Below are positions 31,477 through 40,501 of a stretch of 64,000 nucleotides of DNA, piece after piece. How positions within the stretch are numbered: the first letter of the stretch is position 1; each line of letters opens with the position of its first letter. The notes under the pieces are model-generated. The model was not told the origin of the DNA. It did not search any database and saw only the letters and a program-made list of their open reading frames with translations. This stretch comes from Ignavibacteria bacterium (GTDB taxonomy: Bacteria > Bacteroidota > Ignavibacteria > Kapaibacteriales > Kapaibacteriaceae). The translations under genes and the position numbers were made by a program. The stretch is taken from assembly GCA_016191145.1 (NCBI GenBank), contig JACPPD010000003.1:352778-416777 (forward strand), written 5' to 3'.

Positions 31477-31677
31477 GTGCCTGAAAACGAATCCGTAAAA
31501 AGGAAGAGATACGTTGTAATAGCGCTCGTCACTATTTTTAGTATAGTGTTTTTTTTGTTAATATTTAGAGGGGGCATGTGTGAGCGATATGAACAACGGA
31601 TGGAGCAACAGAGGTACATGAAACAATACATTGATTCATTGCGAACAAAGCAGCAAAAAGAAATTCCTTCGAGGTAA
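31477..31677 (+). CDS. Small hypothetical membrane protein
   Basis: 66 aa, basic N-region and one TM helix; fills the gap before the convergent prmA. Confidence 0.5.
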   Translation: MPENESVKRKRYVVIALVTIFSIVFFLLIFRGGMCERYEQRMEQQRYMKQYIDSLRTKQQKEIPSR

Positions 31678-31688
31678 AGAGTCGTCCT

Positions 31689-32531
31689 TTACGGTCGAAC
31701 AATTGCCACAGCACACCACTCACCCTCTGTAAGTTTTTCCTCTATCGTACACTTTGAGTCGACGAACGGTTTGATTACATCTTCAAAGTCGTAGCTGAGA
31801 ATTCCTGAAACAATGATGACTCCGTAAGAATTCAAGGCCTGAATAAATGTGTTTGCAAAGGGGATTACAAGGTGTCGGTACAAATTCGCTGCAATACCGT
31901 CGCATTTGGGTAAAACCGAGTGTCCAAGCTCCTTCTGTTCTAGCTGGATGATCTCCTGACATCCATTTCGTTCAATGTTTTCTTTGGCATTGAGGATCGA
32001 CCATTCATCGTTGTCGAAAGCGTAAACGTTTGCTGCCCCAAGCTTCGCTGCAAGTATTGCCAGAACGCCGGTACCAGTGCCAACGTCAACCCACGTTGAG
32101 CTGGTGCGCACGTACCGTTCCATAAGCCGACACATCATTCGCGTGGTTGAGTGGTGGCCTGTTCCAAAGCTCATTTTAGGGCTAATGATGAGCTTGATGG
32201 GTGCGCTAACAGCATTACTTTTCCATTCAGGAACGATTACGATGTTTTCGTTTACGACGATGGGATTTATAGACGATTCCCATTCTGCATTCCAGTTCTG
32301 ATCTTCTTCAACTGTGGCCTTCACATAATTGGCATGAACGCCAATCGCTCGCAAATCCGTGATTATCGCGCTTTCGAACCCCTCGCTCCAATCTACTTGA
32401 TCAAAGCATGCTATTGCCATATCGGTTTTTAGCTCCACGCCTGTAATTGGATAGAGAGACAGCACTCCCATTGCAAGGTCAGATTCTTCTTCGGGAATCG
32501 ACATTGAGAAAAGCACATAACGTCTGGGCAT
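31689..32531 (-). CDS. prmA: Ribosomal protein L11 methyltransferase
   Basis: PKMSFGTGHH.TT, DVGTGTGVLAI, D.D, SGI. Confidence 0.95.
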   Translation of the reverse strand: MPRRYVLFSMSIPEEESDLAMGVLSLYPITGVELKTDMAIACFDQVDWSEGFESAIITDLRAIGVHANYVKATVEEDQNWNAEWESSINPIVVNENIVIVPEWKSNAVSAPIKLIISPKMSFGTGHHSTTRMMCRLMERYVRTSSTWVDVGTGTGVLAILAAKLGAANVYAFDNDEWSILNAKENIERNGCQEIIQLEQKELGHSVLPKCDGIAANLYRHLVIPFANTFIQALNSYGVIIVSGILSYDFEDVIKPFVDSKCTIEEKLTEGEWCAVAIVRP

Positions 32532-32584
32532 CTCAACCTTATCTTAGTTTCAGGTTGCTAAACTACGCTCACAAAGAGGTTGGT

Positions 32585-33100
32585 ATGGCTGTAAATGATC
32601 ACGGGTCCAAGATTACATTGTTAGTGATGGACGTCGATGGAACGTTAACGGATGGGGCGATGTACTACTCGGCTCAGGGAGAGTCGCTGAAGCGATTTTC
32701 CACGCGCGATGGAATGGCCATAACCCTGCTTAATCGTGCTGGAATTGAATCCGTTATTATGACTAGCGAGCAATCCGAGATTGCTGTAAAACGCGCAAAC
32801 AAGCTTGGTATCAAGGAGATCATTTTGGGAACGCACGATAAGTGTTCTTCAATCGTCGAGTTGGCCGCTCGGCGCAATATTCCGTTCGAGGCCATTGCGT
32901 ATATTGGCGACGACGTTAATGATGCACACGTTATGAAATTGTGCGGTCTTACTGCTTGTCCGTCGGACGCAGTTGAATCGATAAAGGAAATTGTTCATTA
33001 CGTCTGCAGTGCAAGTGGTGGCAATGGAGCTGTACGCGAATTCGCTGAATTAATTCTTCGTTCTCAACACAAACCGGTAACGTTGCCGGAGAAATGGTAA
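32585..33100 (+). CDS. kdsC: KDO 8-phosphate phosphatase (HAD, KdsC family)
   Basis: Likely start at 32585; MDVDGTLTDG, F...DG, AYIGDDVND, GGNGAVRE. Confidence 0.9.
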   Translation: MAVNDHGSKITLLVMDVDGTLTDGAMYYSAQGESLKRFSTRDGMAITLLNRAGIESVIMTSEQSEIAVKRANKLGIKEIILGTHDKCSSIVELAARRNIPFEAIAYIGDDVNDAHVMKLCGLTACPSDAVESIKEIVHYVCSASGGNGAVREFAELILRSQHKPVTLPEKW

Positions 33101-33112
33101 AGGAGAGACGCC

Positions 33113-33517
33113 ATGAGTTCAGACCAGGGAGCTTACTCTAAAGGTTTTATGCTTGGCACGGTTGTTGGCGGGGCTGTTGGTGCATTGCTTGCACTGTTGT
33201 TCGCGCCTAAGAGCGGTAGGGATTTCCGACGCGACATCGCTGATAAGTCTGAAGAAATCGTTGATAAGGCGAGTGAATTTTTTAGTCAGACTGAACAACA
33301 ATCCGAAGATGTTGTAAACGAAGGAAAGATTCGTGCCGAGCGTATTGTTAATTCTGCAAGGGCAAAAGCTGAATCACTGTTGTCGAATGCCGAACAAGTT
33401 CTCCACGATGCACGCATTCGAGCCCAATCCATCAAGGAAGGTGTGCAATCAGGCGTCGCGAAGGTAGGGGATGCAGCCAAGGCCGGTGCAGAAGCATTCC
33501 GATCGGAGCTTGACTAA
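33113..33517 (+). CDS. YtxH domain protein
   Basis: GFMLG..VGGAVGA..ALLFAPKSG...R followed by a helical, charged region; SD-like aaggag upstream. Confidence 0.88.
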   Translation: MSSDQGAYSKGFMLGTVVGGAVGALLALLFAPKSGRDFRRDIADKSEEIVDKASEFFSQTEQQSEDVVNEGKIRAERIVNSARAKAESLLSNAEQVLHDARIRAQSIKEGVQSGVAKVGDAAKAGAEAFRSELD

Positions 33518-33521
33518 CGTC

Positions 33522-33932
33522 ATGGACAACACCCTTGTAATCTTTGGCTGCATTGCATTAGGCTCGTTAACGGTGTTGTGTGTAACACTGACGTTCGTGG
33601 CCGTTGGTGCACGAAAGGATTTGGGCAAGATGACGATTACAATGGAACAAGTCGGCAAGGACGTCGGCGAGTTGAAAGATCGTGCATTGCCGTTATTTGA
33701 CCAGACGAGTAATGTGTTAAAGATTACTGAAGTAACGCTTGAAAAATTGGACGATGATCTCGACCGGTTATCGCGCGGTGCACAACTGTTTGAGAGTGCA
33801 GCGCGGGAAGTGAAAAATTTGCAGACAATGGTTGTCGATAAGATTCGCGCTCCAATAAACGATATCACATCACTTTTCTCCGGAGCAATCCGGGGATTTT
33901 CGGAATTCACGAAAACCATTCTCGATAAATAA
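33522..33932 (+). CDS. DUF948 (YtxG/YoxC-like) membrane-anchored coiled-coil protein
   Basis: Likely start at 33522; N-terminal TM helix plus heptad-rich helix; adjacent to ytxH, a commonly paired family. Confidence 0.65.
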   Translation: MDNTLVIFGCIALGSLTVLCVTLTFVAVGARKDLGKMTITMEQVGKDVGELKDRALPLFDQTSNVLKITEVTLEKLDDDLDRLSRGAQLFESAAREVKNLQTMVVDKIRAPINDITSLFSGAIRGFSEFTKTILDK

Positions 33933-33940
33933 TTGTAACG

Positions 33941-34873
33941 CTACTTTTTCAGCGTCGCTTCGAGATTTATACCATACCGTTCCACGAGAGCACGGACATC
34001 ATTATAATCCGAATCTGAGGCAGGTACAAAGCCTTCGATGCTTGCAATCGTCATTAAAGCCGTTCTTCCTTCAGACGTCGACTGAAACTTTAACAATGCG
34101 CCTATAACTGCTCTGCGGACCTTTTCATCAAGATTTTTTCGCACCACAACCGGATCATTCGGAATTGAATCCGTAAGCGCAATGATCTTAACTTTCTCAT
34201 ATACGTCGGGATATTGCGTTACAACCTTACACCGGGCATCGAGGATTTCACCCGTTAAAGCATCAGGCGGCGAGTAGAACACAGCTCCTGCATCAACATC
34301 ACCTTGATAAACTTTTGTAACAACTTGATTGTGCCCGTTTGCAAACATTTCCCGACTCGTTGTAATGCCCCTTTGCCTAAGCATTTCCTTAGGATAAATG
34401 TATCCAGAAGTTGACGATGGGTCAACATACGCAATGGTCCTACCGTTTAGCTGTGTAAGTGAGTCGATATCTCCGTCGGCGCGTACGATGAACTCGCCCT
34501 TGTACGTAAGCTCTCCATGCCTGCGCGCAACACGTAAGCGTGCTTCGGCGCCGTACTTTGAATGGGCAAGCAAATACGAGAATGTATTCATGATGGCAAC
34601 ATCGGCACGGCTGGTGCCAAGCGCTTCGACAACGGTGATGTAATAATTCGGAACATCAACGCGAACCTTATAACCGGTTTGCCACTCAATGTATGCTGCC
34701 AGGATTTCGCCGTTACGGATGATTGCTTGCGCATCAGTCGATGGCGTTAACATGATACGAACTGGATTATTCTCGCTTCCAAGCGAGCGATCTGCAAATA
34801 GCGGTCGCACCGACAGCCACGTCAGAACCAGCAGAGTTGCAGCGAGATAATACCGACCAATGCGCATGTTCAC
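33941..34873 (-). CDS. phnD: Phosphate/phosphite/phosphonate ABC transporter substrate-binding protein (PhnD family)
   Basis: Signal peptide; AYVDPSSTSGYIYP, GH..VV..V..G.VDAGA, IPNDP. Confidence 0.85.
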   Translation of the reverse strand: MNMRIGRYYLAATLLVLTWLSVRPLFADRSLGSENNPVRIMLTPSTDAQAIIRNGEILAAYIEWQTGYKVRVDVPNYYITVVEALGTSRADVAIMNTFSYLLAHSKYGAEARLRVARRHGELTYKGEFIVRADGDIDSLTQLNGRTIAYVDPSSTSGYIYPKEMLRQRGITTSREMFANGHNQVVTKVYQGDVDAGAVFYSPPDALTGEILDARCKVVTQYPDVYEKVKIIALTDSIPNDPVVVRKNLDEKVRRAVIGALLKFQSTSEGRTALMTIASIEGFVPASDSDYNDVRALVERYGINLEATLKK

Positions 34874-34923
34874 TACGTTGCCATCACAATTGGTATTTTT
34901 GCCTCCTCATTCCAGAGGAAACC

Positions 34924-36204
34924 ATGAATATCCACGAATATCAGGCGAAAGAACTGCTCCATCAACATGGCGTACCCGTGCTTCCGGGACGTGCCGTGTT
35001 CAATGCAACCGATGCCGGCGCAGTTGCATTTGCAGACTTTGCTGTCCGCGGTGTTAAAACAATCGTCGTAAAAGCACAAATACATGCCGGCGGACGTGGA
35101 AAGGGGACAGTCCATGACCCGAAAACTAACGAGGCTGTTGTTGTTGCAGGCAAACCCCTGCGTGGTGTTACAGTAATTTCTGATGGTAACCTTGCTGATA
35201 AAGTCTATCACACAGCTCTTGGGCTACTGGGTAATAAACTTGTTACAGTACAGACAGGGGTCGAAGGTAAGACTGTTAATCGTGTTCTGATTGAAGAAGG
35301 ATGCAACATTGGTCACGAATATTACTGCTCCATCCTTCTCGACAGGCAAACCGGAAAAAATGTTATCATGATTTCTTCTGAAGGGGGCGTAGACATCGAG
35401 AAAGTTGCTGAGGAAACACCTGATAAGATTTTGAAAGAATACATAGATCCATCTGTTGATTTACAGCAATTCCAATTAAGAAGATTGGGTTTCCAGCTTG
35501 GATTAAGTGGCAGTAGTTTCAAAAGCTTTACATCGTTTATTAGCACTTTGTATCGGGCATATAAAGCAATGGATTGCAGTTTATTGGAGGTAAATCCATT
35601 AGTTAGCACTGCATCCGGGGAATTTATTGCACTCGACGCAAAGGTAAACTTCGACGACAATGCTTTGTACCGCCATCCTGAGTATCCAGAGCTGAGAGAT
35701 ATTTCGGAGGAAGACCCGCTAGAAGTTGAGGCTGGTAAGCACGACTTAAACTACATCAAACTTGATGGAAACGTTGGTTGTATGGTAAACGGTGCGGGCC
35801 TAGCAATGGCCACGATGGACATTATTCAGCTTGCCGGCGGTAAACCCGCAAATTTTCTCGATGTTGGTGGCGGAGCCGATGTTGATCGTATCGAGAATGC
35901 ATTTCGCATCATGATGAGCGACCCACATGTAAAGGCAGTTTTGATAAATATTTTTGGTGGTATTGTTCGCTGCGATCGAGTAGCCAATGGAATCTTGCAG
36001 GCGCTGAATCACGTTAGCGTTACAATGCCTGTTATTGTACGGCTCGACGGTACGAATGCCGTTGAAGCACGAGAAATTTTGCGTAAGTCGGGATTGAATT
36101 TCCTGGTTGCTGCTACAATGAAGGAAGCTGCTGACAAGGTTACCGAAGCACTGTTGGATAAGAAGATGGCGTCGGCAAGGAAATCTGCACCTGTTGTTGT
36201 TTGA
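34924..36204 (+). CDS. sucC: Succinyl-CoA synthetase beta subunit
   Basis: Start MNIHEYQAK at 34924; KAQIHAGGRGK, GCMVNGAGLAMATMD, ANFLDVGG, NIFGGIVRCD. Confidence 0.98.
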   Translation: MNIHEYQAKELLHQHGVPVLPGRAVFNATDAGAVAFADFAVRGVKTIVVKAQIHAGGRGKGTVHDPKTNEAVVVAGKPLRGVTVISDGNLADKVYHTALGLLGNKLVTVQTGVEGKTVNRVLIEEGCNIGHEYYCSILLDRQTGKNVIMISSEGGVDIEKVAEETPDKILKEYIDPSVDLQQFQLRRLGFQLGLSGSSFKSFTSFISTLYRAYKAMDCSLLEVNPLVSTASGEFIALDAKVNFDDNALYRHPEYPELRDISEEDPLEVEAGKHDLNYIKLDGNVGCMVNGAGLAMATMDIIQLAGGKPANFLDVGGGADVDRIENAFRIMMSDPHVKAVLINIFGGIVRCDRVANGILQALNHVSVTMPVIVRLDGTNAVEAREILRKSGLNFLVAATMKEAADKVTEALLDKKMASARKSAPVVV

Positions 36205-36244
36205 ATTATAATCAGCATTATGTCAAGTCAATAAGGACTGAACA

Positions 36245-36862
36245 ATGAAATCTCTACCAAGGACCTTTGCAAGCGTTTCTCTCCTGATACTGGCTGCTGC
36301 TGTATCGAGGCTGATCCCTCATTGGCCAAACTTTACGCCGATCCTGGGGATGTCGCTGTTTGGCGGCTACATGCTGGGCAGAGGATGGAAGTCCTACATT
36401 GTTCCCCTTACAGCGTTGGCCATCAGCGACGTTGCCATGGGCATCATTTTAGGCTGGGACTATGCCTTTCATGCAACGCAGTGGATGGTGTATCTAACTG
36501 TTATCGCCATTACTTTCATTGGAGCAGCATTCCAACCTGGTCAAACCACACATCGTCTGTCCAGCGCACTGAAAATGACTTTTATTGGCGGAACAATAGC
36601 CGGAGTGTTGTTTTTCCTTACAACAAATTTTGCCGTCTGGATGTTAGGGGGCTTGTACCCGTTAACCCTCCAGGGGCTGTTGCAGTGCTATGCTGCAGGG
36701 CTTGCCTTTTATCGCGACGGTGGAAATTTCTTCCTGAATGGAATTGCAAGCACTTGGTTAACATTAGGGGCTTTGCTTGCTGTCCAATTCATCATTGAAA
36801 AAACTATCATTTCAAATCAGATTCTTTCTTTCGGAAATAAACATAAGCCATTTGCTCGGTGA
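36245..36862 (+). CDS. DUF6580 family putative (vitamin) transport membrane protein
   Basis: SRLIPHWPNFTP, PL...ISD, LFF..TNF.VW, YP.T..GL..CY.AG..F. Confidence 0.75.
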   Translation: MKSLPRTFASVSLLILAAAVSRLIPHWPNFTPILGMSLFGGYMLGRGWKSYIVPLTALAISDVAMGIILGWDYAFHATQWMVYLTVIAITFIGAAFQPGQTTHRLSSALKMTFIGGTIAGVLFFLTTNFAVWMLGGLYPLTLQGLLQCYAAGLAFYRDGGNFFLNGIASTWLTLGALLAVQFIIEKTIISNQILSFGNKHKPFAR

Positions 36863-38390
36863 ATTGCAGGTCATACAACCGTTCCAGTCTGGGATCCTGG
36901 TATATGGCTTCGTATTGCGACCTATGTTCGATTACTGTTTTTCTGGCATAATTTGGTTCTCTAAACAAAACTATAATGTCGGGTTTGTTTGAGAAGACGT
37001 ATTCTAAATCAAATCGGCGTCTGTGTTTAATATCGAGTGCTATCTTCTTATCCGTTAATCCGTTCAGATCAAGTATCCTTATGTGGGGATTAAGATATCC
37101 AAGCACACCAATGTCTCCGTGAGCTAATAGCTCGCCTGGTTTCGCATGCTCTTTAATCCACCCAGCTACAATGTAATGCAGGCTTACAACTCCCCCATCA
37201 ATTTCCCTGAATCCTGACGTAAGATTCACTGACTGGCCACGAAGAATTGCACGTGATGTTGTTACGAGTCCGGACCCGATAAAAACAACGCTGACAACGA
37301 TGGCTAAGCTCCCAAAAGCTCTGGGAAAGTCAATGGTAACCTTCCTTAAAATCGCGTCGAGGTTATACAGACAAACGATAATTATCAACGGAAGCATCGG
37401 AACCATCAGACGAAGACCTGGCATCCAATCCCCTCCCGCATAGGTAGCAAAAATTCCGCTAAATACTGCTAAACCAAGGAACAGCCAATACGGATTAGAG
37501 CGCATGGGCCTGCGAACCAGTGAAACAGGAAGTAGAATAAACATGGGACCCAGAAGACCTGCGAGAGACAGGAATACATATTTCAAGCCCTCCAGCAATG
37601 TTCCACCGCTTGTCCCGGTCTTCGCGTAAAATGTATTCGGAAGTATATCGGAGTACATGGAATATCGCACAGCAATAAAACCAACCATCAAAGCAGTGTA
37701 GGGTAAAACCCCAAAGAGAATTGTGCGTAGCTTGTTTTGAGAAATTAGTAATAAAAATGAGTAAATAAATCCAGCAAAAAATGGCGCCTCTGGTCGGCAT
37801 AACGCTGAAAAAAATAAGACGACAACCAAGATGGCATGATGCTTGCCCGGAAGATTACGCATGTTGTTATCGATACCCGGTACGCTTCCAATTAGCGGGC
37901 CAGCCAGGATGAGAGCAACAATCAGATAGAGAAACGTTGCTAACGTCATTTCCAATCCCGACACCGACCAAGCAATATAATTGGCATTCGTTGCCATTAA
38001 GAATACTGCAATGCTGCTGTAAAGCCCAACTTTCGGATTATCCTTGAAATATTTCCTGACTACAACATAGGTAAGGACAATCGATCCAATTCCAAACACT
38101 ATACTCAAAATCTTTGTTACCCAAAACATGAACAGTGGATCAGTGTTCGTTGGAATCAACGTCATTATACCGGCAAGTGCTAAAACCCATATTGGATCGG
38201 AGTAACCTTCTACATACTCACCAGCATTGTAAACCAACCCATTACCGTGAACCAGGTTTTCCGCATATCGCAGGGGAATGAAAACATCATCCACTGTAAA
38301 GTTGATCATGTCAATTATTAAAAACGGAAGGATTACTATGCTGAATACAAGCAGTACTTTTGCAAACAATTCTTGTCTTGATGTTACCAT
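36807..38390 (-). CDS. Polytopic membrane GT-C-type glycosyltransferase-like protein
   Basis: DD.FI..RYA.N...G.GLVYN.GE.VEGYS, SGLE, RPE, LPNTFYAK, GGDWMP..R, LDLNGL.D motifs; about 11 TM segments. Confidence 0.75.
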   Translation of the reverse strand: MVTSRQELFAKVLLVFSIVILPFLIIDMINFTVDDVFIPLRYAENLVHGNGLVYNAGEYVEGYSDPIWVLALAGIMTLIPTNTDPLFMFWVTKILSIVFGIGSIVLTYVVVRKYFKDNPKVGLYSSIAVFLMATNANYIAWSVSGLEMTLATFLYLIVALILAGPLIGSVPGIDNNMRNLPGKHHAILVVVLFFSALCRPEAPFFAGFIYSFLLLISQNKLRTILFGVLPYTALMVGFIAVRYSMYSDILPNTFYAKTGTSGGTLLEGLKYVFLSLAGLLGPMFILLPVSLVRRPMRSNPYWLFLGLAVFSGIFATYAGGDWMPGLRLMVPMLPLIIIVCLYNLDAILRKVTIDFPRAFGSLAIVVSVVFIGSGLVTTSRAILRGQSVNLTSGFREIDGGVVSLHYIVAGWIKEHAKPGELLAHGDIGVLGYLNPHIRILDLNGLTDKKIALDIKHRRRFDLEYVFSNKPDIIVLFREPNYARKTVIEHRSQYEAIYQDPRLERLYDLQFTEQMAYVYFRKKESDLK

Positions 38391-38436
38391 TGCTAATTTG
38401 ATGATTGACTAAATAAAGTGAAGGCACATTCCATGA

Positions 38437-39450
38437 TTAGTCCAGCTCAGTGATACCAGTCACTGTCGTGTATTTCATTACATGTTTCTTTTCCGGATGG
38501 AGCCGCTGGTACTCGTAGTTTAATGCCATAGCTGCCTCATGGAATCCACACAGGATGAGTTTTAATTTATTGGGATAATCTGCGATGTCCCCTACTGCAT
38601 AGATCCCCTCAACGGTCGTCATTAACGTTTGTGGGTTAACAAGTACAGCATTCTTCTCTATTTGCAAGCCCCATGTAGCAATAGGTCCTAATTTTGGTGA
38701 TAATCCGAACATCGGTAAATAGTAATCGGCATTGAGTTCTTCTGCGTTGCCATTTGCATAGGTGATTGTAACACCTTTCAGGATTCCGTTTCCATGCAGG
38801 TTTGTCACCTGTCCGTCTGTTAATAGATGGATTTTATTGTTCTCAGCTAGTTGCTGAGCTTTTGCCACGGAGTCTGGCGCAGCCTTAAACGATTTACTTC
38901 GGTGTACGAGCGTTACATCGGCCGCGATGTCAGCCAAGAGTATTGTCCAGTCAAGAGCGCTGTCTCCACCGCCCCCTATCACAACCTTCTTACCACGGTA
39001 CAGTTCAGGGTCCTTGATGATATACTCAACACCGTGATCTTCAAAATCGATAATATTTTCAATCGCAGGTTTACGAGGTTCAAAACAGCCAAGCCCACCA
39101 GCCAGAACAACGGTCTTGCCAACAATGACAGTTCCTGCCGACGTTGTGAGCTTAAACGATCCATCCTCCAATTTTTCAAGAGCTTCTGCGCGTTCACCTA
39201 AAGTGAATTTTGGATGAAATGGTTCGATTTGCCTGAGAAGGTTTGAAACCAGTTCTCCTGCAAGAATAGTTGGATGGCCAGGAATGTCGTAGATCGGTTT
39301 TTTCGGATAAATTTCCGCACACTGTCCACCCGGCATGGGCAGGTAATCAATGAGGTGCGTGTGCCATTTAAGCAGTCCTGCCTCGAAAGCCGCAAAGAGG
39401 CCGCATGGTCCGGCTCCGATAACTATGACGTCGGTAGTGTGATACTGCAT
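38437..39450 (-). CDS. Ferredoxin-NADP+ reductase (thioredoxin-reductase-like, YumC type)
   Basis: Likely start at 39450; IGAGPCG, YPKKPIYDIPG, GGGDSALDW, GD...Y..KLKLILCGFHEA; no CxxC. Confidence 0.88.
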   Translation of the reverse strand: MQYHTTDVIVIGAGPCGLFAAFEAGLLKWHTHLIDYLPMPGGQCAEIYPKKPIYDIPGHPTILAGELVSNLLRQIEPFHPKFTLGERAEALEKLEDGSFKLTTSAGTVIVGKTVVLAGGLGCFEPRKPAIENIIDFEDHGVEYIIKDPELYRGKKVVIGGGGDSALDWTILLADIAADVTLVHRSKSFKAAPDSVAKAQQLAENNKIHLLTDGQVTNLHGNGILKGVTITYANGNAEELNADYYLPMFGLSPKLGPIATWGLQIEKNAVLVNPQTLMTTVEGIYAVGDIADYPNKLKLILCGFHEAAMALNYEYQRLHPEKKHVMKYTTVTGITELD

Positions 39451-39481
39451 GAAGTGGTTGGACAAACTGTAAGCAACGAAA

Positions 39482-40501
39482 TTACGCTTCTCGGCTAACA
39501 TTGCGCAGACGCATTCCTCTCTTCATCTCGATGAGGAAACATAAGCTGCCGACAAGAAATGCTGTTCCATAATTGAGTACCCAAGCAATAACGCCAAACA
39601 CAAAGCCTTCATTCGGAGTGGCTCCGTAGAGCCGGATAAGGGCTGTCTGAGCAAAACCCTGATAGATTCCGAGAGCGCCTGGTGTGGGAGCTATTGTAAC
39701 ACCTACCGAGGTGATTAGCAACAAGACTCCCCCATCCAGGAGCGTAAATGCATGCTCATTCCACGGCATGGCAAGAAGAGCAGCAAAGAGTGGAATTGCA
39801 TACAGCGTCCACATAATAACAGAGTCTGAAGCAATCAGCAGCCATGTTCTCACCGATCTTACTGCCTGCATTCCGATCTTTACCTCGTTAAGAAACCTTT
39901 GTATCACACCCGCTGCCTTGCTGGAAATTGGCCGCATAAATGCGTCGACTATTCTTGGACCAACTCCGGAAAATGCTATGGTACCGATAACAACAGAAAT
40001 GCTCACGAGAGGAATCGCAATGGAAAGAATAATTCTTGTAGTTGAGATACCTGGAAATGCAACAGAAATCAGGTCACTTCTGACGATAATGAGCAGAGCG
40101 ATTCCAAGGAAGAGCGACATGACGTCGATGATGCGCTCGAGGACAACACTGCTGAGCACGGTTGGGAATCTGATGCCTGTTCGCTGCGCCAGAACGTACG
40201 GCCGAAGGACTTCGCCGCTACGGGGAATTATCATGCTGGCAGCATAGCCAATGAGTATTGATGAGAATCCGGCAGCGATGCCAGGTGTGTTGGGAAGATG
40301 CCGCAGTAGCCGACGCCAGCGAATTGTACGGACAACATGCGAGAGCAGGACAAATGGTATACCAGCTATTAGAAATCGAATGTCAACGTGGTTGAGAATA
40401 GACCCGACAACATTGATATCAATTGTTGTCGAGAGCCACCACAGAGCAACCGTTAAAACCATGAGTGCAACCGTCAGCCTCAGCAACGGATGACGGTTCA
40501 T
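39482..40501 (-). CDS. Lysylphosphatidylglycerol synthase TM / flippase-like domain protein (UPF0104)
   Basis: RW..LL, PRSGEVLR, ERIID, PTPGALG.Y motifs. Confidence 0.85.
   Translation of the reverse strand: MNRHPLLRLTVALMVLTVALWWLSTTIDINVVGSILNHVDIRFLIAGIPFVLLSHVVRTIRWRRLLRHLPNTPGIAAGFSSILIGYAASMIIPRSGEVLRPYVLAQRTGIRFPTVLSSVVLERIIDVMSLFLGIALLIIVRSDLISVAFPGISTTRIILSIAIPLVSISVVIGTIAFSGVGPRIVDAFMRPISSKAAGVIQRFLNEVKIGMQAVRSVRTWLLIASDSVIMWTLYAIPLFAALLAMPWNEHAFTLLDGGVLLLITSVGVTIAPTPGALGIYQGFAQTALIRLYGATPNEGFVFGVIAWVLNYGTAFLVGSLCFLIEMKRGMRLRNVSREA

Noticed and set aside
36205..36244. Cobalamin riboswitch before the DUF6580 gene
   Set aside because: The spacer is only 40 bp and has no B12-box.
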